Shown: piece after piece, positions 50,131 through 58,050 of the stretch
How positions within the stretch are numbered: position 1 is the first letter of the stretch
How the letters are laid out: the number at the start of each line of letters is the position of its first letter
Assembly (NCBI GenBank): GCA_963682105.1
Contig: OY821638.1
Coordinates: 570,801-634,800 of the forward strand
Direction of reading: 5' to 3'
Origin: Smithellaceae bacterium
GTDB taxonomy: Bacteria > Desulfobacterota > Syntrophia > Syntrophales > Smithellaceae
DNA: 64,000 bases
Translations under genes and position numbers: made by a program
Notes under the pieces: model-generated
Database searches by the model: none
What the model saw: the letters and a program-made list of their open reading frames with translations, nothing else
Told to the model about the DNA's origin: nothing

Positions 50131-50631
50131 TTATTGATCGAACGTCTCAAACTGTTCTTTTTTCGCTCCGCATATCGGACATTCATCCGGCAAAACGCTG
50201 TCAGAGACATATCCGCAGACTTTGCAGACATGATAAACCGTCTCGCGCTCTTCCATAAAATGGTTCATCGCCTGCTTGTAGAGATTGGCGTGCGTTTCTT
50301 CAACGTCCCGGCTCTGGCTGAAATGCAAAAGCGCCGCCTTATCCCCGGCCGCTTCAGCCATCTTGACGAAACTGTCATAAGCAACTTCCGCCACGGCTTT
50401 TTCCGATTCAAAACTGGCGGCAAGATTTTCTTCGGTCGTTTTAACTTCCTTGAGCACTCTCAGCGCCCGCTTGCCGTGAATTTCTTCCGAAAAAGCAATC
50501 ACGCGAAACAGACGCGCAATCTGCTTGTAGCCTTCAGTATCCGCCTTGTCGGCATAAAGTTTAAGGCGCAGGGCGGCCTTTGCTTCACCGGTATAGGCCT
50601 GCTGCAAAACTTCACGAATTTTATCGTCCAT
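50131..50631 (-). CDS. rbr: Rubrerythrin
   Basis: 166 aa with a four-helix diiron domain (ExxH motifs: EEIH, EETH) and a C-terminal rubredoxin-like CKVCGY...CPICG. Confidence 0.88.
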   Translation of the reverse strand: MDDKIREVLQQAYTGEAKAALRLKLYADKADTEGYKQIARLFRVIAFSEEIHGKRALRVLKEVKTTEENLAASFESEKAVAEVAYDSFVKMAEAAGDKAALLHFSQSRDVEETHANLYKQAMNHFMEERETVYHVCKVCGYVSDSVLPDECPICGAKKEQFETFDQ

Positions 50632-50653
50632 GCTTCATCTCCTGTGTTCAATG

Positions 50654-50812
50654 TCAGGCTGGGGAAAACTCACTTTTATCCGCACCGCAAACCGGGCAAG
50701 TCCAGTCTTCGGGCAAATCCCGGAATTCCGTTCCTTTAGGCACGCCGTTTTCCGGATCTCCATTCGCCGGATCATATTCATAACCGCATACACCGCATAC
50801 ATACTTTTTCAT
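50654..50812 (-). CDS. Rubredoxin (52 aa; below the ORF-track size cutoff)
   Basis: Manual translation of the minus strand gives [52 protein letters not shown] followed by a stop. This is the canonical rubredoxin CxxCG...CPxCG pattern, and the gene lies between roo and rbr. Confidence 0.87.
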   Translation of the reverse strand: MKKYVCGVCGYEYDPANGDPENGVPKGTEFRDLPEDWTCPVCGADKSEFSPA

Positions 50813-50842
50813 TGTCCAACCTCCTTGAAGATATTTTTTTGA

Positions 50843-52051
50843 TTAATTGGATAGTCTCTTTTGAAGTTCGGCCGCAACCGTTCGGCCCAGTTCATGACAT
50901 TTTGCCAGAATATCTTCGTCCGGCGCATGCTTGACGGAAACCGTCTCTGCAACGATGTCCACTTTCATCTCTTTGAGGATTGCATCGAGGTCTTTCACCG
51001 ATTCACCGCTCCAACCGAAGGAACCGAAAACTGCGCCGATAAGATTAGCCGGCTTGAGTCCTTTAATATACGTCATCACATCCGCCATCTGCGGCAGTAT
51101 ATTGTTATTGAGTGTGGGCGATCCGACAATCAGCGCCCCTGCTTCCAGCAGTTCGTAAATGACTTCACTGCGATGAACATCGTTCATGGAAAGAATCTTC
51201 ACCGGCACACCGGCTCGCGCCGTGGACTCGGCAATGGCTTTGGCCATCTTTTCCGTAGAATGCCACATGGTCGCATAAACAACGACAGCCTTGTTGACCG
51301 GTTTCTGCAAAGCCCATTTTTTGTAGAGATCAAGAATGAACCCCAGATCCTTACGCCAGACCGGACCATGATCAGGCGCAAATATTTTGATATCCCAGCC
51401 TGTGGCGGCAACTTTATCCAGCGCTTTGAGGACGATCGCGGAATACGGCAAAATGATATTTGCATAATAGGTGGCCGCTTCGTAGCGAATCATATCGATG
51501 GGCAACTCATCTATAAAGCGTTCAAAGGTAGCCAGATGCATCCCGAATGCATCCTGCGAGAACAACAGGTTGTCCTTCTCCAGATACGAGAACATGGAAT
51601 CCGGCCAGTGAATCATTCGGGTCTCCATGAATTTCAAATCCATGTTGCCCAGAGACAGTGTCTCTCCGTCTTTTACCGCCTGGATATTGTAATCAGAATG
51701 GAAAATGTCCTTCAGATTTTTTACACCCATGACGGATGCAAACACTTTTTCCGGCTTGACCCGGGCTGCCACGTCCAGAAGGCATCCCGAATGATCCATC
51801 TCGGAGTGATTGGAAATGATATAGTCGATCTTTGACGGATCCACCACAGATGCAATGCGCGCCATCATTTCATCTTTGAACGGCGCCTTGACTGTATCAA
51901 TCAGTGTGATTTTATCCGCCATAATCAAATAGGCGTTATAGGTGCTGCCGTGAGGCGTCGTATAACCATGAAAATCGCGGATGGACCAATCAATGGCGCC
52001 CACCCAGTATACGTGTTCGCTTACTTTAATCGCGGAGTAAATATCTGCCAT
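50843..52051 (-). CDS. Flavodiiron protein (FprA / rubredoxin:oxygen oxidoreductase type)
   Basis: 402 aa with a metallo-beta-lactamase-like diiron domain (HSEMDHSG) and a C-terminal flavodoxin domain (VVYATMWHSTEKMA). Confidence 0.88.
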   Translation of the reverse strand: MADIYSAIKVSEHVYWVGAIDWSIRDFHGYTTPHGSTYNAYLIMADKITLIDTVKAPFKDEMMARIASVVDPSKIDYIISNHSEMDHSGCLLDVAARVKPEKVFASVMGVKNLKDIFHSDYNIQAVKDGETLSLGNMDLKFMETRMIHWPDSMFSYLEKDNLLFSQDAFGMHLATFERFIDELPIDMIRYEAATYYANIILPYSAIVLKALDKVAATGWDIKIFAPDHGPVWRKDLGFILDLYKKWALQKPVNKAVVVYATMWHSTEKMAKAIAESTARAGVPVKILSMNDVHRSEVIYELLEAGALIVGSPTLNNNILPQMADVMTYIKGLKPANLIGAVFGSFGWSGESVKDLDAILKEMKVDIVAETVSVKHAPDEDILAKCHELGRTVAAELQKRLSN

Positions 52052-52115
52052 GAAAATTCACCTCAGAGAATGATTTGGAGTTGTAATATAAGCCTCACTG
52101 TGAAGTCGTCAACCA

Positions 52116-52736
52116 TTATTTAGCATTCAGCATTACGGCGCCCTCATCATAAGCCTTCAAATTAACGTCGCATTTATCTTTGGAAAGTGTTTTTCTAATT
52201 TCTTTTTCAAACATCTGCCGGTCAACCGGCAAAAGACCGGTGCCGGCCAGCGCCCCGATCATGATGATATTACTCAGAACCGGATTGCCCATTTCCAGAG
52301 CAACCGAAGTGGCGTCAATCAGCCAGGATTTCGCGGACAATTTCCGGAAAGCCTCCTGAATCTTTTCATCGGACGGATATGCAAGCTCGCCTGTAATCAC
52401 ACCGATGGGATAAACCGGACGGGAATTGGACAGTACGCAAACACGGGGATTGCCGTAAACTGTTAAGACACGCAGCGCTTCCAGCGGTTCCAGTCCTACG
52501 ATAATATCCGCCGCGCCTTTCGGAATCTGGGGACTTTTCACTTCGTCGGGAGAAATTCGCAGATGGCTCATGACCGATCCTCCGCGTTGAGACATGCCGA
52601 ATGTTTCGCCGATGGTCACAACATATCCCGCATCCACCAGCATGCCCGCCAGCACGCGCGAAGCCATGACATTGCCCTGGCCTCCCACACCGGTCAAAAT
52701 CACATTTTTCGTTTCGGAAAGGAGTTGATTTTTCAT
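52116..52736 (-). CDS. iorB: Indolepyruvate:ferredoxin oxidoreductase beta subunit
   Basis: Start at MKNQLLSETKNVILTGVGGQGNV (52736), placed 1 nt after the iorA stop. Pyruvate/ketoisovalerate oxidoreductase gamma-type fold. Confidence 0.8.
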   Translation of the reverse strand: MKNQLLSETKNVILTGVGGQGNVMASRVLAGMLVDAGYVVTIGETFGMSQRGGSVMSHLRISPDEVKSPQIPKGAADIIVGLEPLEALRVLTVYGNPRVCVLSNSRPVYPIGVITGELAYPSDEKIQEAFRKLSAKSWLIDATSVALEMGNPVLSNIIMIGALAGTGLLPVDRQMFEKEIRKTLSKDKCDVNLKAYDEGAVMLNAK

Positions 52737-52737
52737 C

Positions 52738-54678
52738 TCAGCCTGCAACCTCCCTTTTCGAAATGGCCTGCTGCGGACAGATCGACGCACAAACACCGCA
52801 ACCCGCGCAGATCACTTCATCCACCACTGCTTTCTTTTTATCCCGGTTCCAGGTCAGCGCCGGACAGCGGAAGATTCTTGTGCACAAACGATTGCAGCCA
52901 CAGGCATCGCCCAGACATAAGGTTTCATCGACTTTAACATCGAATTGCTTCTTTCCTTTCTTTTGCGGACTTAGTGCGCAAGCCTGACGCAAAATGAGCA
53001 CCTTGAGAGAGCCTTTTTCAGCAAGGAAACTTGTCAGAATCCTGCTTGTCGCGGAAAGATCAAACGGGTCGGCAATGGCCACCTTTGCTCCGATCGCCTG
53101 ACAGATGGCTGCAATGTCCACAGCGGGAACGGTTTCCCTGATGGCGCTGACGGCAAGCCCCGGATGAGGCTGAAATCCTGTCATAGCCGTTCCGGCGTTA
53201 TCCAGCACAATGAACGTTATATCCGCACGATTGTGCTGGGCATTGATGAGAGCCGGAATGACGGCATGATAAAACGTTGAATCGCCGCACACGGTTAAAA
53301 TGGGTTTATCCAGGCCAAACTGGGCAAGTTTGGCAAAACCACTGGCCAGTCCCGTCCCCGAACCCATGGAATGCAATGTTGGCATGGTGTGATACCCTGT
53401 CGCCGGCGACAAGGCCGCCATCGAATAACAGCCGATATCGCCGCATACAAAACCTTTGCGGCCGTCCAGCGCAATGGCGTTGTGGATATTCCAAAATGAT
53501 GCGCGATGCGGACAGCCGGCGCAAAATGTCTGCTCGCGGACAGGAATGAGCGCCGCCGCTTGCCGGACTTCACGCATATAAGCGGCAGGCATTGTTTTTT
53601 GTTTGACCTTCAGAAGACGGCTTAACGCTCCGGCAACGATATCCGGATTCAGTTCTCCGGCGGCAGGCAGCGTTCCGTCATATTTTCCATGAAATATTTT
53701 GCCTGCCATTTCTTTGATCATACCGGCGGCCAGAACCTTGACGTTTTCCTCCATGAACGGCAAGACCTCTTCCACAATCAAAATCTTTTTGGCCGCGAGC
53801 AAATGCTTCTTTATTAATTTGGGCGGCAAAGGCCAGGTGGTCGCCAGTTTCAGAATTCCGACTTTCTTTTGCATCCCCATCATCTGAACCGCTTCGCGCG
53901 AATACAGAAAACAGGCGCTGCCGGTGATGATCAACAATTCAGGTTTTGCCGGACCGGTGTAATAATTGAACGGGCTTTTTTCAAATAGAGCCGCCACCTC
54001 TTTGATCTTTTTCTGATGGATGGCATGCTTTGCCACCACAGGTGTGCTGATCATCGGACCGGTTTTTGAATCCATGACCGGTCCGCCGAACTCAAACTTT
54101 GCCCGTGGTATTTTTACAGGCAGTTTCCCGCAAATGACATTGCCGCTCGCATGCGACATGCGTGTTACGGACCGGAGCATCACGACATTGCCGATGGTTT
54201 CGGAAAGTTCAAACGCCCATTTCGTCAGGTCCTTGGCTTCCTGAAAGTCAGCCGGTTCCAGAAGCGGCATTTCCAGCATACTGGCGAAGTAGCGTGATTC
54301 TCCTTCATTGACACTGGAGAGGGCTCCGGGGTCTTCACAGGAGACGAGTACCAGCCCTCCGCGCGTCCCGGACGCGGTCAGATGCAAAAGGAAATCCGAT
54401 GCCACGTTGACGCCGTTTTGTTTCATAACCGCCATCGAGCGCAGGCCGGCAAAAGATGCAGCCGCCGCTACTTCAACGGCCACCTTCTCGTTTACCGACC
54501 ATTCCACATACAGATTTCGCTCACGCGCCACACCGGCCAGCGATTCAATAACTTCCGAAGAAGGCGTGCCGGGATAGGCGCATGCCACAGACACACCCGC
54601 TTCCAGGGCGCCGCGCGCGATGGCTTCGTTGCCCAGAAATAAAACTTTTGATTTGGCCGGCGATAATAATTTATTCAT
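52738..54678 (-). CDS. iorA: Indolepyruvate:ferredoxin oxidoreductase alpha subunit
   Basis: Start likely at MNKLLSPAK (54678). It has TPP-binding GDIGCY and GDSTFYH motifs and C-terminal 4Fe-4S Cys clusters (CAGCGVCASICP). Confidence 0.85.
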   Translation of the reverse strand: MNKLLSPAKSKVLFLGNEAIARGALEAGVSVACAYPGTPSSEVIESLAGVARERNLYVEWSVNEKVAVEVAAAASFAGLRSMAVMKQNGVNVASDFLLHLTASGTRGGLVLVSCEDPGALSSVNEGESRYFASMLEMPLLEPADFQEAKDLTKWAFELSETIGNVVMLRSVTRMSHASGNVICGKLPVKIPRAKFEFGGPVMDSKTGPMISTPVVAKHAIHQKKIKEVAALFEKSPFNYYTGPAKPELLIITGSACFLYSREAVQMMGMQKKVGILKLATTWPLPPKLIKKHLLAAKKILIVEEVLPFMEENVKVLAAGMIKEMAGKIFHGKYDGTLPAAGELNPDIVAGALSRLLKVKQKTMPAAYMREVRQAAALIPVREQTFCAGCPHRASFWNIHNAIALDGRKGFVCGDIGCYSMAALSPATGYHTMPTLHSMGSGTGLASGFAKLAQFGLDKPILTVCGDSTFYHAVIPALINAQHNRADITFIVLDNAGTAMTGFQPHPGLAVSAIRETVPAVDIAAICQAIGAKVAIADPFDLSATSRILTSFLAEKGSLKVLILRQACALSPQKKGKKQFDVKVDETLCLGDACGCNRLCTRIFRCPALTWNRDKKKAVVDEVICAGCGVCASICPQQAISKREVAG

Positions 54679-54778
54679 ATTCCTACATTCAAGTCCATTT
54701 CCCCCTTTCTTAAAGGGGGACAAAAGGGGGATTTTTACGCTTATAAATCTCCCCTGCCCCTCTTTGGAAAAGAGGGGT

Positions 54779-55924
54779 TTATTTTTTCTTTGCTGTGCTC
54801 AAATATGCCTTCACTACAGGATCATCATTTTTTAAATATAGAAGGTTTTTAGCAGTCCCGCTTTTATCCACAATATTCTTTAGAGCTTTCTTCTTTTTTT
54901 CTACAGCGGCGTTTTTCAGTTCCTGCAGAGCCTGTACAGGCGCTTCCCGGATTTCCAGCACACCTTTCCGCCGTGCCAGATTCAGTAAGTTCTCACCTGC
55001 CCTGCTGCGAACAATTATCTGATTCCAGCCGCGCATCTCATCGCAATCGCCGCCATATCGCGCCGCCCCTACCGATAAATCGGCAAATTCCGCCGTGTTG
55101 TCCACACAGTAACGGCAGGCCGTCCGGACACAGGCGTCCACTTCTGCAAGCGGCACGCCTGTTACTTCCTGAGAGGTTCTAAGTTCCAGAATATTCCTGC
55201 CCGCCGGGATGTCAACACCCAGCAGATCCGCCAGTGATACCTTATACTGCTGGAGAAGTTTTTGAAACCTCTCCAGGGAAAGCGTCCAGCCGCAGAACAG
55301 TCCAATGACGATCCCAATGGATTCGGCCGCGGTATACCCATCAATTTTTGCCGTTTTTATTTTAGCCAATGCCGTCGCCTGACAGGGCGTTGCGACAATG
55401 CCGATTCTTTTGGCGCCGTTCTGCTGTTGTCGATGAAATGCCGCAACCGTCGGCGAAACCGTAAATTTGCTTTTTGAATATTTACGAAGGTCGCTTTTAT
55501 TTTCGATTATCCGGCCTTCCTGTTCCAGATCATCGTTTTGCGCCGACACTATAGCGGCGTTGATCACCCCCTCATCCATCGCAAGTTCCAGCAGAGCTGT
55601 TACAGTACCGCCGTGCTGGGCGAGATTGCGCAAAGCGGGATCGACGGCACGGGTCAGGAAAAATCCTTTCACCGCCCCGATTTCCGGTGTTATATCGTTT
55701 ATATTATAAAGTTTCTTTCGGATTTCATCATAATCGGCACTCGTTCGGGGACAAAATGCTTGGCATTTGCCATCCTGCAGATCACAATCGAAAAGCTGAA
55801 CCGTCCGGTCCCTGTATACAACCTGATACGGGCAAAGACCGACACACGCACCGCAACCGGTGCAAAGGCTTTGTTCCAACACGTTTTTCTTAAGTTTTGC
55901 CTGAGAGCCTGACTTATTTCCCAT
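54779..55924 (-). CDS. FrhB/FdhB-like (coenzyme F420 hydrogenase/dehydrogenase beta family) iron-sulfur flavoprotein
   Basis: 381 aa with an N-terminal ferredoxin-type CTGCGACVGLCP...C..FCP. The central and C-terminal regions resemble the FrhB family. Confidence 0.62.
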   Translation of the reverse strand: MGNKSGSQAKLKKNVLEQSLCTGCGACVGLCPYQVVYRDRTVQLFDCDLQDGKCQAFCPRTSADYDEIRKKLYNINDITPEIGAVKGFFLTRAVDPALRNLAQHGGTVTALLELAMDEGVINAAIVSAQNDDLEQEGRIIENKSDLRKYSKSKFTVSPTVAAFHRQQQNGAKRIGIVATPCQATALAKIKTAKIDGYTAAESIGIVIGLFCGWTLSLERFQKLLQQYKVSLADLLGVDIPAGRNILELRTSQEVTGVPLAEVDACVRTACRYCVDNTAEFADLSVGAARYGGDCDEMRGWNQIIVRSRAGENLLNLARRKGVLEIREAPVQALQELKNAAVEKKKKALKNIVDKSGTAKNLLYLKNDDPVVKAYLSTAKKK

Positions 55925-56088
55925 CGGCCACCTGAAAGTTAAGATTCTGTGCTTATATCTTATCCCGTATTTTGAGGCAAGATAATGATTATATTCAAAT
56001 TAAATGATTGTTTTCAATACTATTTTATGAAATCATCATTACCATATTTACCAGAATCAAAATAATTACCGATATTCAATTGAATTTG

Positions 56089-56117
56089 TTGACAACCGCT
56101 TCGACTTGTATTATTAA
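56089..56117 (+). promoter_or_regulatory. Candidate sigma-70 promoter for tRNA-Asn
   Basis: TTGACA (56089-56094), a 17-nt spacer, then TATTAA (56112-56117). Confidence 0.45.
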
Positions 56118-56173
56118 GCCGCTGAATTTTTCCCGATGATATCGGGTTGTAAAGTTTAAAGAGTTAATGTTGC

Positions 56174-56249
56174 TCCCCAGTAGCTCAGTCGGTAGAGCGG
56201 CTGGCTGTTAACCAGCATGTCCGTGGTTCGAGTCCGCGCTGGGGAGCCA
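56174..56249 (+). tRNA. tRNA-Asn (anticodon GTT), CCA encoded
   Basis: Manual cloverleaf: acceptor TCCCCAG/CTGGGGA, D arm GCTC-AGTCGGTA-GAGC, anticodon arm GCTGG-CTGTTAA-CCAGC, variable loop ATGTC, T arm CGTGG-TTCGAGT-CCGCG, discriminator G, then CCA. Confidence 0.93.
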
Positions 56250-56255
56250 GTACAA

Positions 56256-56288
56256 GAAGCCCGTTTGATTCAAACGGGCTTTCTTTTT
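56256..56288 (+). terminator. Rho-independent terminator after tRNA-Asn
   Basis: Stem GAAGCCCGTTTGA / TCAAACGGGCTTC followed by a TTTTT run. Confidence 0.78.
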
Positions 56289-56807
56289 GGTGCACCATGT
56301 CGCTTGGGGCATAGGTCCAATAACTTCTTCTTTCGATAAGAAATAAATTGTTATCATTGTCGTATAAGCAAGACTTTAATTCGTAATAGCAAATTAACAC
56401 CCGATTGAATACATCGGCACGGTTCTCTGTATTTTGCAGCCGTAATGCCTGCGCCCATGATGCCTTGACATTGGCGATTAGCGTCACCATACTATTAACA
56501 CGAAACGAGATACTGCGATGTTCGTATTGAGTCTGTTCTACTGGATGTTAACAACAAGAGAATCATAGGGTCTTTGTGGTGATGATCACCCTTAATAGAC
56601 CGGATATTAAATGATAGACTCCAGTAAAAGACAACACGGCATAGGCGGATCTCGTTTTTTTATATGATAAAACAGGCAACATTCGGCAGGGAGATTGGAG
56701 CAGCGTTGTAACGAACATCATTGTTATTACATGTTCACTTCCATAATGCCCCGCCTTTCAATTACTAATCATCATCTCAAAGCCGACGCCCCCCCCACAA
56801 AAATATC

Positions 56808-56823
56808 CCTCAATATATTGAGG
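56808..56823. promoter_or_regulatory. Perfect 16-bp palindrome CCTCAATATATTGAGG (copy A), candidate enhancer-binding-protein site
   Basis: It is the core of a ~50-bp repeat that recurs at 61231-61280. It lies exactly 133 bp upstream of the sigma-54 element at 56941. Confidence 0.5.
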
Positions 56824-56940
56824 CTCCGCCGGATATGGAGGCCAGACGAATCATTTTAGTTTTTGGCGCTGTTCTCATCCATCGATCCAACAGCTCGTTA
56901 TCATGCATTAATTCGAATTTTCTCCTTCACCGTCGGTTCT

Positions 56941-56956
56941 TGGCAGACTCCTTGCT
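56941..56956 (+). promoter_or_regulatory. Sigma-54 promoter (TGGCAG-N5-TTGCT)
   Basis: TGGCAGactccTTGCT has canonical GG/GC spacing. It lies about 90 bp upstream of the first gene of the KaiC-like operon. Confidence 0.62.
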
Positions 56957-57046
56957 ATTACACTTTCATGATCATTTTTTCATGCAGCAGACATTTGCGT
57001 CGGGGACACGCATGGTTTTAAGCTAACGTTAAACAGGGAGGGTTTT

Positions 57047-57247
57047 ATGAAATGGACCGGGTTCTATCTTATTGGTTATTTTGTCCTGATTAGCGGTCTT
57101 CTTGCCGCGCTCTGGAAGATGGGAGTTCTGTCCAGTATCGGCGCTGCATGGAGTGTAATCGGTGTTGTGATCGCGATCGGTATCGGCATCATGCTCGCCG
57201 TCTCCTCCAGCGGCAAAAAAGAAAATATTGAAATCAGCAGGAAGTGA
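57047..57247 (+). CDS. Small membrane protein, 66 aa, two TM helices
   Basis: GGGAGGG RBS 5 nt upstream. Hydrophobic sequence with a Lys/Glu-rich tail. Confidence 0.55.
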   Translation: MKWTGFYLIGYFVLISGLLAALWKMGVLSSIGAAWSVIGVVIAIGIGIMLAVSSSGKKENIEISRK

Positions 57248-57387
57248 AAGCTGCCGGAGATCTATCGCATAGTTACCTGAGAGCGAGTTTGCAAAATCGG
57301 GAATCCCGGCACAAAACCGGAATAACGTGAGTGCAAGGTGTTACGCCTGAATCATCTGAGTGCAATTTTAGAAAGGAGGCAATTGTC

Positions 57388-57522
57388 ATGCAAATCGCCA
57401 TATCACCACAACCGATCATTTCCCTCATCGCCGGCATACTGATTTTCATTTTCCCGAAATTATTGAATTACATTGTTGCCGTTTATCTCATCATTATCGG
57501 TATATTCGGATTGATCCGTTAA
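57388..57522 (+). CDS. DUF3096-like small membrane protein, 44 aa
   Basis: Internal ATG preceded by AAAGGAGG. The pattern LIAGILIFIFPKLLNYIVAVYLIIIGIFGL resembles DUF3096. Confidence 0.5.
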   Translation: MQIAISPQPIISLIAGILIFIFPKLLNYIVAVYLIIIGIFGLIR

Positions 57523-57537
57523 AAGGCATGACCCAGC

Positions 57538-58050
57538 ATGATGCCTCTGGGATATACAGATCGCCTCCCCAAAAGTACCAGAATCCGGCAACGATTTACA
57601 GGAGACGTTTTGATACCAACAACAGACAGCAACCTGCATCAGGAAGCAATACGAAGAACGCTGGCCCTTCGGGCCGGGGATGCCCCTGATGCGAACGCGG
57701 TTGCCGAAGCCACCTTGAGCACCTGGCGCCAGGTGGAAGTCCGGCTCACACCGGTGATCGGCGAGCGGGGTGTTGATGTTCTCCTGGACCGCACACTGCA
57801 CTTGACAAGCGCTGTTTTCCCCTGGCTGGCATTTACCGGCAATCAAGAGGACAGGACCGCTGCGCTTTCATATGTCAGGATATGCCTGGCAGGCAACCAG
57901 ACCAATATTGCCATAGAAGCAAGCTATACGCTTCTTACGAACTTCGTTAATCTTTTGGCGACCTTAATTGGAGAATCATTAACTGAGCGTTTGTTGAGTC
58001 CGGTCTGGGTGCCCCCGTTACCGGCATCTGAACAGGAGACGCCATCATGA
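57538..58050 (+). CDS. Hypothetical protein, no family recognised, upstream of and coupled to the KaiC-like gene
   Basis: 170-aa ORF whose stop overlaps the KaiC-like start (ATGA). An alternative TTG start at 57610 is preceded by GGAG. No family motif was recognised. Confidence 0.6.
   Translation: MMPLGYTDRLPKSTRIRQRFTGDVLIPTTDSNLHQEAIRRTLALRAGDAPDANAVAEATLSTWRQVEVRLTPVIGERGVDVLLDRTLHLTSAVFPWLAFTGNQEDRTAALSYVRICLAGNQTNIAIEASYTLLTNFVNLLATLIGESLTERLLSPVWVPPLPASEQETPS

Noticed and set aside
50861-51835. Long antisense ORFs inside confirmed genes (for example 50861-51835, 27584-28300, 12688-13467, 33152-33883, 48796-region overlaps, 60095-60805)
   Set aside because: They lie opposite strongly recognisable genes (flavodiiron protein, glyS, secD, FGGY kinase, GGDEF-EAL). 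Their composition is Arg/Gly/His-rich and low in complexity, and they lack RBSs, so they are shadow ORFs.
56185-56490. 101-aa minus-strand ORF downstream of the FrhB-like gene region
   Set aside because: Its 3' third is antisense to tRNA-Asn and to the tRNA terminator hairpin. It has no RBS and no recognisable family, so it is most likely a chance ORF in AT-rich junction DNA.
56835-57026. 63-aa ORF starting at the repeated ATATGGAGG motif (with a parallel MEVKSMIARCF... reading at 61260-61316)
   Set aside because: The repeated ATGGAGG looks like a shared start, but the peptides diverge immediately. The first ORF also runs across the sigma-54 promoter. I treat this as part of the ~50-bp DNA repeat, not as a gene.
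56250-57046. Integrase or att duplication marking a mobile island at tRNA-Asn
   Set aside because: No recombinase-like ORF is present, and no repeat of the tRNA 3' end is visible at the distal boundary. Mobility is therefore not supported, and only compositional and contextual hints remain.
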